From contig NZCW01000011.1 of NCBI GenBank assembly GCA_002688435.1, positions 25,447-89,446 of the forward strand: a stretch of DNA of 64,000 bases, read 5' to 3'. Shown here piece by piece: positions 1 through 10,344 of the stretch. The translations under genes were made by a program, and so were the position numbers. Every line of letters starts with the position of its first letter. The stretch's first letter is position 1. The notes under the pieces were generated by a model. That model was not told where the DNA came from, did not search any database, and saw only the letters and a list, made by a program, of their open reading frames with translations. This DNA comes from Dehalococcoidales bacterium. GTDB taxonomy: Bacteria > Chloroflexota > Dehalococcoidia > Dehalococcoidales > RBG-16-60-22.

Positions 1-1161
1 CTGCCGGTTACTATCGGAGTTGGTCCGGAAGCACCCAAGGTCGGCGGTGAGACGGTGATGTTCCGCCACGAGAAAAGGTTTGAAAATCCGCCGGCACTAG
101 CTATCCTCATCAGTGACACCATGGCCGAGGCCGAGGTTAAAGCCCGACTGGATAAGTGTCTCCAGCTGCAATACGAAAGAGTCGGGCTTACCCTCAAGCC
201 GGACCTGGTCGCCCTGAAGGCCGACTCCGGAGATACCCATAAATTTGAAACCCTAGTCAACCAGGCTAAAGTTAGTGGCTGCCGCCTCATCCTAATGAGC
301 GAGAACCCAGATATCCTAGCTGCCGGCCTGAAAGCCGGTGCCGACCAGAAACCGCTGCTCTACGCCGCCACCGAAGGTAACCTAGACCGCGTCGCCGGTC
401 TAGCCAGGGAAAACTCTTGCCCGGTAGCGGTAAAGGCCTCCGGTCCGGAAGGGCTGGCCCAGCTGACCGAAAAATTAACGGCCGCCGGAATCAGGAATAT
501 CGTCCTTGACTCCGGTGCCAGGACAGTCCGCCAAGCACTGGAAGACCAAGTAATCATCCGGAGCGCCGCCCTCAATAAGAAGTTCCGCCCCTTGGGCTTC
601 CCCACCATCACCTTCCCTGCCGAGATGACCGACGACCCGATGAAAGAAGCCGTCATTGCTTCCATGTTTATCGCCAAGTACGCCGGTATTATCGTCCTGT
701 CCGATTTCCGCGGGGAAAGCCTATTCCCGTTACTCGTGGAAAGCATGAACATCTTTACCGACCCCCAGCGGCCGCTGTCCACCACGGAAGGAATTTACGA
801 GATCAACAATCCCAGCGAAAATTCTCCGGTACTGATTACTTCCAACTTTTCCCTCACCTACTTCATCATCTCCGGTGAAATAGAAAACAGCAAGATCCCC
901 AGCTGGCTCTTGGTCAAAGATACAGAAGGACTTTCCGTGCTGACCTCCTGGGCCGCCGGAAAGTTCAGCGCAGATATTATTGCCCCCTTTGTCAAGAAAT
1001 GCGGCGTGATGGATAAAGTAAAACACCAGAAACTGGTAATTCCGGGGTATCTCGCCGCCGAGAGCGGCGGCCTGGAAGAAGAGCTACCCGGCTGGGAAAT
1101 CCTAGTCGGGCCGAGGGAAGGCGCCCACATTCCGGCCTACCTGAAAACCTGGCAACCATAG
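1..1161 (+). CDS. acsC: Corrinoid iron-sulfur protein large (gamma) subunit, 5'-partial
   Basis: Frame open from base 1 (LPVTIGVGPEAPKVGGETVMFRHEK); motifs NIFTDPQRP, TSNFSLTYF, GLSVLTSWAAGKF, VGPREG typical of AcsC/CdhE. Confidence 0.95.
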   Translation: MPVTIGVGPEAPKVGGETVMFRHEKRFENPPALAILISDTMAEAEVKARLDKCLQLQYERVGLTLKPDLVALKADSGDTHKFETLVNQAKVSGCRLILMSENPDILAAGLKAGADQKPLLYAATEGNLDRVAGLARENSCPVAVKASGPEGLAQLTEKLTAAGIRNIVLDSGARTVRQALEDQVIIRSAALNKKFRPLGFPTITFPAEMTDDPMKEAVIASMFIAKYAGIIVLSDFRGESLFPLLVESMNIFTDPQRPLSTTEGIYEINNPSENSPVLITSNFSLTYFIISGEIENSKIPSWLLVKDTEGLSVLTSWAAGKFSADIIAPFVKKCGVMDKVKHQKLVIPGYLAAESGGLEEELPGWEILVGPREGAHIPAYLKTWQP

Positions 1162-1171
1162 GAGAGAGACA

Positions 1172-2050
1172 GTGATCCTTATCGGCGAAAACATCAATAT
1201 TATGTCGCTGACTATCGGCCCGGCATTCAAGGAGAGAAACCCCGGGCCTATTCAGGAGTTGGCCAAAGCCGAAGTCGAGTCCGGAGTAGACTACCTTGAC
1301 CTCAATATCGGCCCGGCCCGAAAAGCCGGTGGCGAGCTGATGGAATGGGTAGTCAACACGGTACAGGAGGCGGAGAGTAAGCCGCTATCCTTGGATACCA
1401 CTAATCTGGTGGCCATGGAAGCTGGACTGAAAGTCGCTAGAAGCAAGCCGGTAATCAACTCCGTCTCCCTACAACCAGACCGGATGGAGCAAGGGTTGAG
1501 ACTCGCCAAGCAGTACAACGCCGACCTGATTTCCCTCCTCTGGGGCGCCGAGGGAATGCCGCGCGACGCTAACGAGAGGGCGATGCACGCCGTTAACTTT
1601 GTCTACCAGGCCAACGAGATGGGCATCCCCAACGAGAATATCTGGATTGACCCTATCGCCAGCCCGGTATCGGTAGAAATAAACCAAGTAAAAGCCCTCA
1701 TTGAATTTATGGCCATGCTGGCGGATATTGCTCCGGGATGCAAGTCCGTGGTCGGCCTGTCTAACATCTCCAACGGCACGCCTACTCACCTCAGGCCGTG
1801 GCTTAACCGGACTTACCTGATAATGATGTTGAAGCACGGGTTACACTCGGCCATAGTTGACGCCTTTGATACCGACCTGATAGCGCTGGTCAGAGGCAAA
1901 AAACCGGAAATCGTTAGCCTGATACACCGGATAATGGACGGTGAGAAGCCTGACTTGGCCTCACTATCCGAGGAAGAAGTCAAGTACGCTAAAACGGTGC
2001 GGGTACTGACCGGCGAATCGCTCTACTCGCACTCTTGGCTGACAATATAG
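1172..2050 (+). CDS. acsE: Methyltetrahydrofolate:corrinoid Fe-S protein methyltransferase (pterin-binding)
   Basis: MILIGENIN, LDLNIG, SLDTTN, INS, WIDP, GLSNISNG motifs; directly after acsC. Confidence 0.9.
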   Translation: MILIGENINIMSLTIGPAFKERNPGPIQELAKAEVESGVDYLDLNIGPARKAGGELMEWVVNTVQEAESKPLSLDTTNLVAMEAGLKVARSKPVINSVSLQPDRMEQGLRLAKQYNADLISLLWGAEGMPRDANERAMHAVNFVYQANEMGIPNENIWIDPIASPVSVEINQVKALIEFMAMLADIAPGCKSVVGLSNISNGTPTHLRPWLNRTYLIMMLKHGLHSAIVDAFDTDLIALVRGKKPEIVSLIHRIMDGEKPDLASLSEEEVKYAKTVRVLTGESLYSHSWLTI

Positions 2051-2072
2051 CCCACGGTCCAAAGATATACAC

Positions 2073-2735
2073 ATGGAAAGAAAACCTTTGACATCGCCAG
2101 ATAAACCAAGCCACGGTTATGAGTTCGCCTACCGACTAGCCGCCGAACAGCTGGCCAGTATTAATGATATCCAACGGCAGTGCCAAAGAAGCGGCGCCCA
2201 GTATCTGGATACCCGGAAAGCCATTACCTTTGACTACTTGAACCGACCCTACCTGGTCACCCTCCCTGATGCCAAAATATCAGTGATGGCTAACAAAGAA
2301 GAGGAAGTCCCACTCCGGGACAAGATTCTCATCCTCCATTATCTGACCGTGGCCAAGGGTACGCCCCTCTCCGGAAAATTAATCGCCTACAAAGAATTAC
2401 CGGAAGGGACCAATTACTTCCTCACCTTTTATCACCGTTCAATAAAGCCCCTAACCGACTGCTTTGGTAATGAAACACACCGGCTGCTAGCGGCCGCAGA
2501 ATCCCTAGACGGACGGAAAGCCGATTACGGTGATGCCGCGGTAACCGTCAGTGCCTTCCCTCAGGTGCCGATGACTCTGGTCCTGTGGAGAGGGGATGCC
2601 GAATTTACTGCTGAAGGAAACATACTCTTTGATAGCACCATTCCCGACTATTTACCGGTGGAGGATATCATTGTCCTTTCCGAGACTATCGTCCGGAAAT
2701 TAATCAAGCGGTACAGGGCAGAGGTGATTCAATAA
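2073..2735 (+). CDS. DUF3786-family protein
   Basis: ILILHYL, YKELPEG, FPQVP..LVLW.GD.EF...NILFD..DYL..EDI pattern; in acs operon. Confidence 0.8.
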   Translation: MERKPLTSPDKPSHGYEFAYRLAAEQLASINDIQRQCQRSGAQYLDTRKAITFDYLNRPYLVTLPDAKISVMANKEEEVPLRDKILILHYLTVAKGTPLSGKLIAYKELPEGTNYFLTFYHRSIKPLTDCFGNETHRLLAAAESLDGRKADYGDAAVTVSAFPQVPMTLVLWRGDAEFTAEGNILFDSTIPDYLPVEDIIVLSETIVRKLIKRYRAEVIQ

Positions 2736-2820
2736 CCTCTTACGGCAGTCGCCAGACGCTAGGGCTTAATCCCAGCCTAGTTAAATTAAAGATAAGAGAT
2801 AAGAAATAACGAGGTACGGA

Positions 2821-5040
2821 ATGGAAACGATTAACCTGACCATTGACGGACACAAGGTTGAAACCAATGAGGGAATGACGGTACTGGAGGCAGCGATAAA
2901 GACGGGGATTTATATTCCTACCCTGTGCTACCATCCTATGCTGACCCCGGATGATTCCTGCCGGCTCTGCCTGGTGGAAATCGAGGGGGCGGCGGAACCG
3001 TCCCTAGCCTGCAACACCGGGGCCGCCGCGGGCACGATCATCCGCACCGATACCCCCCAGCTGCACGAGGCACGGCGCGAGGCGCTAAAGAAGGTCCTCG
3101 CCTACCACCCCTGCGACTGCCTTACCTGCGAGCGCCGGGAGCGCTGCCAGCCGTATGATATCTGCCTACGCAACGTGGCAGTAACCCAGCGCTGCGTCCT
3201 CTGCCCCACCAACGGGCAGTGCGAGTTACAGCGGGTGGTCGATTATATCTGGTTGGAAGGGGAGGAAGTCGCCTACGAATACCGGAATCTATCGGTAGAT
3301 AGCGACAACCCTCTCTATGAGCGAGACTATAACCTATGCATCGGCTGCAGCCGCTGCATCAAAGCGTGCAAAGAGATACGGGGTATTGAGGCCATCACCA
3401 TGGTTGATCATGACGGACAGCGCTGGCCGGAGCCGTCCGATGGCAAATCGCTAGTCAGCTCCGGCTGCAAATACTGCTGCGCCTGCGTGGAAGTCTGCCC
3501 TGCCGGGGCGTTAATCGATAAAGAGGCTAAATGGCAGCCTGACCTCAACCATGAAGAGCTGACCAACCCGTGCAGCTATGCCTGCCCGGCCTACATTGAT
3601 GTCCCCCGCTATGTCCGCCTCTGCGGCGAGGGAAAGTTCGCCGAGGCGCTAGCCGTAATCCGAGAAAAAGTCCCCTTCCCCGACGCCCTAGGGCGGGTCT
3701 GCATCCATCCTTGTGAGACCGTCTGCCGCCGCGATGGCCTGAACGAACCCATTTCCATAAAATTCCTCAAATTGGCGGCCGCAGAACGTGATGACCGCCA
3801 GTGGCTGAAACGCGCCAAATCATCGCCCGCCACCGGGAAAAAGGTAGCCGTTATCGGCGCCGGGCCGGCGGGGCTGACCGCGGCCTACTACCTGGCCAAA
3901 CAGGGACACGCCGCGACCGTCTTTGAAGCTCTCCCCCAACCCGGCGGTATGATGCGGGTGGGCATCCCCGACTACCGCCTACCCCCGGAGAAGTTGAACG
4001 CCGAGATTAACGAGATAAAATCGGCCGGAGTTAAAATCAAGCTAAACACCAGAGTTGATTCCATTGAGGCCCTCTTCAAGGAAAAATTTGACGCCGTCTT
4101 TGCTGCTCCCGGGGCGCACCGCGGCATAAAGATGGGGGTGGATGGCGAAGACAGCCCTGGTGTCTTTGACGGCGCTACCTTCCTGCGCGAGACAAACCTA
4201 GGCCAGAAAATTGATACCGGCCAAAGCGTAGCCGTTATTGGCGGCGGCAACGTCGCCATAGACGCGGCGCGGGTCTCTCTCCGCCTCGGCGCCAAGCAGG
4301 TTACCATCGTCTACCGCCGCACCCGGGCGGAGATACCGGCCAGCACGGAAGAGGTGGAAGCCGCCCTAGAAGAAGAGATAGAGATACTCTTTCTAGCCGC
4401 CCCAGTCAGCATCGGCCGGGAAGGCAAAAGGTTGAAGCTCACCTGCCAGCGGATGGCACTGGGCGAACCTGACACCAGCGGCCGCCGGCGGCCGGTACCA
4501 ATTAAGGGTAGTGAGTTCACCACCGAGTTTGATTCCATCATCGCCGCCATCGGGCAGGTACCGGATATTCCCTCCGAATTCAACCTGGAACTAGGCAGAG
4601 GCAATACCATCCAGACCAAGAAGGAAACGCTGGCCACCAGTGCCAAAGGCGTCTGGGCAGGCGGTGACGCCATCAGCGGCCCGGCTTCCGTTATCGAAGC
4701 TATCGCCGCCGGCCGGAAAGCCGCCTCATCCATCGACCAGTACTTGGGCGGTACCGGAGACATTGAAGAGGTACTAGCCTCGGAGAGTCGGTTCGACCCA
4801 TGCGTGGGCAAAGAGGAAGGCTTTTTTAACCGAGCCAAGGTAGTTATGCCGGCGCTGCCAGTAAAAGAGCGCGTGAATAACTTTAAGGAAGTAGAGCTCG
4901 GCCTGAGCAATAAAGCCACTCTTACCGAGGGCAAGCGCTGCCTACAGTGCGCCGCCAGGTGCCTAATTACCTCACCGCCGCAACCACCGACCCCGGGCAA
5001 GAGTAAACCCAGGAAACGAGAGAAAGTCGCTACCCGGTGA
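2821..5040 (+). CDS. Fe-S flavoprotein: NuoG/HydA-like N-terminal Fe-S domains fused to GltD/NfnB-like FAD/NADP(H) domain
   Basis: IPTLC..CRLCLVE 2Fe-2S; HPxxC; two CxxCxxCxxxC; PCxxACP, LGRVCxHPCE, GAGPAG, GGGNVAID, YRR, AGGD. Confidence 0.85.
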   Translation: METINLTIDGHKVETNEGMTVLEAAIKTGIYIPTLCYHPMLTPDDSCRLCLVEIEGAAEPSLACNTGAAAGTIIRTDTPQLHEARREALKKVLAYHPCDCLTCERRERCQPYDICLRNVAVTQRCVLCPTNGQCELQRVVDYIWLEGEEVAYEYRNLSVDSDNPLYERDYNLCIGCSRCIKACKEIRGIEAITMVDHDGQRWPEPSDGKSLVSSGCKYCCACVEVCPAGALIDKEAKWQPDLNHEELTNPCSYACPAYIDVPRYVRLCGEGKFAEALAVIREKVPFPDALGRVCIHPCETVCRRDGLNEPISIKFLKLAAAERDDRQWLKRAKSSPATGKKVAVIGAGPAGLTAAYYLAKQGHAATVFEALPQPGGMMRVGIPDYRLPPEKLNAEINEIKSAGVKIKLNTRVDSIEALFKEKFDAVFAAPGAHRGIKMGVDGEDSPGVFDGATFLRETNLGQKIDTGQSVAVIGGGNVAIDAARVSLRLGAKQVTIVYRRTRAEIPASTEEVEAALEEEIEILFLAAPVSIGREGKRLKLTCQRMALGEPDTSGRRRPVPIKGSEFTTEFDSIIAAIGQVPDIPSEFNLELGRGNTIQTKKETLATSAKGVWAGGDAISGPASVIEAIAAGRKAASSIDQYLGGTGDIEEVLASESRFDPCVGKEEGFFNRAKVVMPALPVKERVNNFKEVELGLSNKATLTEGKRCLQCAARCLITSPPQPPTPGKSKPRKREKVATR

Positions 5041-5112
5041 GGAATAAGCTCAAGCTGAGAATCAATAGAGTTGAAGTTACTAAATGACCGGTAAAGATAG
5101 GAGGTAACAGGA

Positions 5113-5580
5113 TTGACCGAAACTGAACTGAAAGAAAGGCTGACTGAGGTTCTAACCCACTACACCGGCCAGAAAAATGAGCTTATCCCTGTCCTGCAGG
5201 CAGCCCAAGAGCAGTTTGGCTATCTGCCGGCCGAGGTGATGCAAGAAATCGCCAGATTTCTCCGTATATCGGAGAGCACCGTTTACGGCGTGAGCACCTT
5301 CTACGCCCAGTTCAAATTCCAGCCCACGGGTAAAAAGAAGGTCAGATTATGCCGCGGGACGGCCTGTCACGTCCGGGGAGTGTCCCGCATCCTTGATGAA
5401 GTGGAGAAACAACTGGGCATCAAACCAGGAGAAACCACCAGTGACCTAGAGTACAGCCTGGAGACGATTGCCTGCTTCGGTTCCTGCGCCCTAGCCCCAG
5501 TCATGGTAGTGGGCAATAACGTTTACGGACGGATGACACCGAAGAAGGTAGCCCCAATCCTAGACGGTACCGAACAGTAG
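5113..5580 (+). CDS. nuoE: NuoE/HydC-like [2Fe-2S] subunit
   Basis: CRGTACHVRG and CFGSCALAP motifs; GGAGG RBS before TTG. Confidence 0.9.
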   Translation: MTETELKERLTEVLTHYTGQKNELIPVLQAAQEQFGYLPAEVMQEIARFLRISESTVYGVSTFYAQFKFQPTGKKKVRLCRGTACHVRGVSRILDEVEKQLGIKPGETTSDLEYSLETIACFGSCALAPVMVVGNNVYGRMTPKKVAPILDGTEQ

Positions 5581-5596
5581 CCGGAAAGATTTGACT

Positions 5597-7528
5597 ATGA
5601 CCTTTGCCGAAATACAGAGTCGGGCAAAAGCCGAGTGGGCCGCCCTGGAACACGGGGATAAACCGCGCATCCTTATCGGCAGCGCCACCTGCGGGCGCGC
5701 GGCCGGCGCCAAGGCGGTGCTTGAGGCGACTAACGCCGCGCTGGCGCAGCATAACCTAGAGGCGAACATCACCGAGGTAGGCTGCATCGGACCCTGCTAT
5801 GCCGAGCCGCTGATGGACATCATCAAGCCGGGTCGTCCCCGCATCTGCTATAGCCAAGTGACTCCGGAAATCGTCCCTTGGCTTATCGAAGATTATATTA
5901 TCAATGACAACCCCCACTCCGACCTAGCCCTGGGCACCATAGGTGACGGCAGCCTTGACGGCATCCCTCGGCTTTTCGACCTACCGATGCTCAAGCCCCA
6001 GGTAAGAATCGCCTTACGTAACTGCGGGACTATCGACCCAGAGGAAATCAATCAATACATCGCCCGTGACGGCTACCGCGGGCTAGTCCGGGCACTAAGT
6101 ATGACCCCAGAAGAGGTGATTGAAGAGATAAAAAAGTCGGGCCTACGGGGACGCGGCGGGGCTGGCTTCCCCACCGGGATGAAGTGGGAGTTCTGCCGCA
6201 AGTCTCCGGGCACGGTAAAATATATAATCTGCAACGCTGACGAGGGCGACCCCGGCGCCTTCATGGACCGGTCTCTTTTAGAGGGTGACCCTCACGCCGT
6301 TCTAGAGGGCATGCTCATCAGCGCTTACGCTATCGGGGCCACCGAAGGTTATATTTACATCCGCGCCGAGTACCCCTTGGCCATTGATCGCTTGAAAATC
6401 GCTCTCCGGCAGATGACGGAGTACGAGCTGCTGGGCGATAATATCCTCGGATCCGGCTTGAACTTTCACCTGAAAATCAAGGAAGGGGCCGGTGCTTTTG
6501 TCTGCGGCGAAGAGACGGCGCTAATGGCATCCATTGAGGGCAAGCGGGGCATGCCCCGTTCCCGCCCCCCCTTCCCCGCCCAGTCCGGCCTGTGGGGTAA
6601 ACCGACCAACATCAACAACGTGGAGACCTGGGCCAACGTTTCGGCAATCATGCTGCGGGGAACTGCCTGGTATGCCAGCTACGGCTCGGATAAAAACAAA
6701 GGCACCAAGACTTTCGCTCTGGCCGGCAAGATAAACCGCACCGGGCTCATTGAGGTACCTTTGGGGATTTCCCTCAAGGAAATAGTCTATGATATCGGAG
6801 ACGGCATCCCGGACGGCAAGCGCTTCAAAGCCGTCCAGACCGGTGGCCCATCCGGAGGTTGCCTGCCGGCCAGTCAGCTGGAACGTCCGGTGGACTACGA
6901 ATCGCTGACCGAGGCCGGCTCCATCATGGGCTCCGGGGGCATGGTGGTGATAGATGAGGATACCTGCATTGTGGATGTCGCCCGCTACTTCCTCGCCTTC
7001 ACTCAGTCCGAGTCCTGCGGTAAATGCGTCCCCTGCCGCCTGGGGACAAAGCAGATGCTGAACATACTGGAGAATATCTGTCAGGGCAAAGGTAAAGTCG
7101 AGGACATTGATTTACTTCTGAAGGTAAGCCAGCAGATTAAAGCCGGCTCCCTATGCGCCCTGGGCGGGACAGCGCCCAACCCGGTGCTGACCACCATCCG
7201 CTATTTCCAGGACGAGTATGAGGCCCATATCAAAGAAAAAAGATGTCCGGCACTAGTCTGCCCGGAGCTTATCTCTTACTATATCCTCGCCGATAAATGC
7301 CAGGGCTGCGGCATCTGCCTCCGGGCCTGCCCGACCGAAGCCATAACCGGGGGCAAAAGAATGGTGCACGTTATTGACCAGAGCAAATGCAACAAATGCA
7401 GCACCTGCCTTAATGTCTGCCCGGACCGCTTTGGGGCGGTGGTCAAGGTTTCCGGGGAGGAGATAAAGGTTCCCAAGAAGCCTGTGCCGATAACGGTGTC
7501 TAAACCGGATACCTATACCCAACGATAG
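5597..7528 (+). CDS. nuoF: NuoF/HydB-like FMN/NADH-binding subunit with N-terminal thioredoxin-like Fe-S domain and C-terminal 2x[4Fe-4S]
   Basis: SGLRGRGGAGFPTG, NADEGDPGAFMDR, GAGAFVCGEETAL, GGPSGG, ESCGKCVPCR, HIKEKRCPALVC. Confidence 0.92.
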   Translation: MTFAEIQSRAKAEWAALEHGDKPRILIGSATCGRAAGAKAVLEATNAALAQHNLEANITEVGCIGPCYAEPLMDIIKPGRPRICYSQVTPEIVPWLIEDYIINDNPHSDLALGTIGDGSLDGIPRLFDLPMLKPQVRIALRNCGTIDPEEINQYIARDGYRGLVRALSMTPEEVIEEIKKSGLRGRGGAGFPTGMKWEFCRKSPGTVKYIICNADEGDPGAFMDRSLLEGDPHAVLEGMLISAYAIGATEGYIYIRAEYPLAIDRLKIALRQMTEYELLGDNILGSGLNFHLKIKEGAGAFVCGEETALMASIEGKRGMPRSRPPFPAQSGLWGKPTNINNVETWANVSAIMLRGTAWYASYGSDKNKGTKTFALAGKINRTGLIEVPLGISLKEIVYDIGDGIPDGKRFKAVQTGGPSGGCLPASQLERPVDYESLTEAGSIMGSGGMVVIDEDTCIVDVARYFLAFTQSESCGKCVPCRLGTKQMLNILENICQGKGKVEDIDLLLKVSQQIKAGSLCALGGTAPNPVLTTIRYFQDEYEAHIKEKRCPALVCPELISYYILADKCQGCGICLRACPTEAITGGKRMVHVIDQSKCNKCSTCLNVCPDRFGAVVKVSGEEIKVPKKPVPITVSKPDTYTQR

Positions 7529-7566
7529 CTCTGCTAAAATAATGATAAGCGCTAATGAGGTGCCGA

Positions 7567-10245
7567 GTGGAAACGATTAAACTGACCATCAACGGGGTTG
7601 AAGTCAAGGTAAACCGAGGAACCACGGTGTTGGAAGCAGCCCAAGCGGCTAACATCTATATTCCGACACTCTGCGCCGACCCTGACTTGGAGCCGTACGG
7701 ATCGTGCCGCCTCTGCGTGGTGGAAATCGAGAAAATACGCGGCCTGCCCACCGCCTGCACCACCCCCGCCACCAACGGCATGGTGGTACATACCGAGACA
7801 CCGGCCGTCAACGAGGTGCGACGTACTTCGGTTGACTTACTTATCGCCAACCACCCCATGGACTGCCTTACCTGCCGCCAAAACCAGCAGTGTGAGCTGC
7901 AGCAGGTTACTGCTCATCTCGGCATTACCGAGCGGCGTTTCCCACGCACGGACCAAGCGTTCCCAGTAGACACCAGCAACCCCTTCTTCGACCTTGACCG
8001 CAATTACTGCATCCTCTGTGCCAAGTGCGTACGTACCTGCGACGAGATCACCGGCATCAATGCCATTGACCTAGCTTTCCGCGGCTACTCGGCCCGGGTC
8101 GCCACCTTCGGCGATAAGCCACTCATCGAGTCAACCTGCAAGTCTTGCGGTGAATGCATGGTGCGCTGTCCAGTAGCCGCCCTGACTCCCAAAGAGACCC
8201 GCCGTCCAATCCACGAGGTAAAGACCACCTGCCCCTACTGCGGCGTCGGCTGTCAGATGTACCTAGGCATCAAAGACGGGCAGGTAATAACCGTCCGCGG
8301 CGATAGAGATAATGAGGTCAACGGCGGTCACCTCTGCGTCAAGGGTCGCTTTGGCATCGCCGAGTTTGTCCACCACCCGGAGCGCCTGACCAACCCTCAA
8401 ATAAGAAAAAACGGGAAACTGGCCGAGACTACCTGGGACCGAGCGCTGGACGAGGCCGCCGCCAGGCTCGGGCAATATGCGCCTAACGAAGTCGCCGTTA
8501 TCGCCTCGGCCAAGTGCACCAACGAGGAGAACTACGTCCTCCAAAAACTCGGCCGCGCCGTGCTGGGTACCCAGAACATTGACCACTGTGCCCGGCTCTG
8601 ACATTCCCCTACCGTGACCGGTCTGGTCACAACGTTCGGCAGCGGGGCAATGACCAATACCATCAGCGACGTTGGTGACGCCGCCGGTATCCTAGCCATC
8701 GGCACCAACACGACCGAGGCCCACCCGGTAATCGGGTTCGAGATAAAGAAAGCGGTGCGCAAAGGGACCAAGCTCATCGTGGCCAACCCTCGCGAGATTG
8801 AGTTGGTCCGCCACGCTGATGTCTGGCTGCGGCACCGCCCGGGGACGGACGTCACCCTACTTATGGGGTTGTGCCGGGTCATCGTTGACGAGGGATTGGC
8901 AGACGCTTCATTCATCGCCGAACGCACCGAGAACTTCGATTCCTTTAAAGAATCACTTCAAAACTTTGACCTCGACTCGGTAGCGCAGACCACCGGGGTT
9001 CCCAGAAAGAAAATAGACGAAGCAGCCCGCCTCTACGCCACCAATGCGCCGGCGGCCATCTTCTACGCTATGGGTATCGCCCAGCACTCCCACGGCACGG
9101 ATAACGTCATCGCCGTCGCCAATCTGGCCATGCTCACCGGAAATATCGGTCAGCCGGGGAGTGGCGTAAATCCACTACGGGGACAGAACAACGTACAGGG
9201 CGCCTGCGACGTGGGGGCCCTACCCAACGTCTATCCCGGTTACCAAGCTGTCACCAGCGAAGCGATTCAAAAGAAGTTTGAGGCTGCCTGGGACTGCTCC
9301 CTGTCGGCCAAACCAGGGCTGACGACTACCGAGATTATTGACGCCGCCCATCGCGGACAAATCAAGGCGGTCTACATCATGGGAGAGAACCCGGTATTGA
9401 GTGAGCCCCAAGCCAGACATGCCGAGGAAGCATTACGGAAGCTAGAATTCCTGCTCGTCCAAGACATCTTTCTTACCGAAACGGCGCGGCTGGCCCACCT
9501 CGTTTTACCCGGGGTAACCTTCGCCGAGAAGGATGGTACCTTCACCAATACGGAACGCCGCGTCCAGCGGGTGAGAAAGGCAATAGAACCTCCGGGAGAT
9601 GCCCGGCCAGACTGGTGGATTACCTGCCAGATTGGCCGGAAAATGGGGGACCGTGGTTTTACTTTTACCAGCCCACCACGAATTATGGAGGAGATTGCCC
9701 GGCTCACTCCCAGCTACGGAGGTATCACCTACCGCCGCTTGGAGAAAGGCGGGTTACAGTGGCCGTGCCCCACGACGGAACACCCCGGTACTCCCATCCT
9801 CCACACCGAAAAGTTCACCCGGGGGAAGGGGCAATTTGTCCCCCTAGAATATAAGCCGTCCGCCGAGTCGCCCAATAACCAGTATCCACTACTCCTGACC
9901 ACCGGCCGCAGCCTGTTTCAGTACCATACCGGAACCATGAGCCGAAAAGTCAAAGGGCTCAATGTATTTCTGGGGGAGGAACTGGTAGAAATAAACCCCA
10001 GGGATGCCTCGGCGCTAGGCATCGCCGATAGCGATGTGGTAAAGGTGATTTCCCGACGAGGGGAGGTAACGGCTAAAGCCAAGGTAACTGCAGTTTCACC
10101 GGCCGGGGTGGTGTATATGACCTTCCATTTTGCCGAGAGCCCGACCAACCAGCTGACCAACCCCGCCATCGACCCCATCGCCAAAGTACCGGAGTTCAAG
10201 GTATGCGCGGTGCGCATCGAGAAAAAAGACACCCGACTGGATTAA
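7567..10245 (+). CDS. fdhA: Formate dehydrogenase alpha subunit, selenocysteine-containing (UGA 8599-8601 read through; joins ORFs 7555-8601 and 8614-10245)
   Basis: NIDHCARL-UGA-HSPT matches the FDH Sec/Cys-His Mo/W ligand motif; both ORFs in one frame; CPYCGVGC, LRGQNNVQG, PEFK; SECIS downstream. Confidence 0.95.
8614..8630 (+). promoter_or_regulatory. Bacterial SECIS hairpin of fdhA
   Basis: GTGACC-GGTCT-GGTCAC perfect 6-bp stem starting 12 nt after UGA; GGUCU apex at the same codon offset as the E. coli fdhF SECIS. Confidence 0.85.
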
Positions 10246-10344
10246 CTTGCACCTGCCCGGGCATTATGCTAACCTCAAAGCAGTCCATACTGCATAAAGG
10301 AACCGACCATCAAAAAACCAAGCTGGCGCTCGTTTCCTCTCGGA

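Noticed and set aside
4311-5000. 229-aa minus-strand ORF and the many similar short antisense ORFs
   Set aside because: They overlap well-supported genes on the opposite strand
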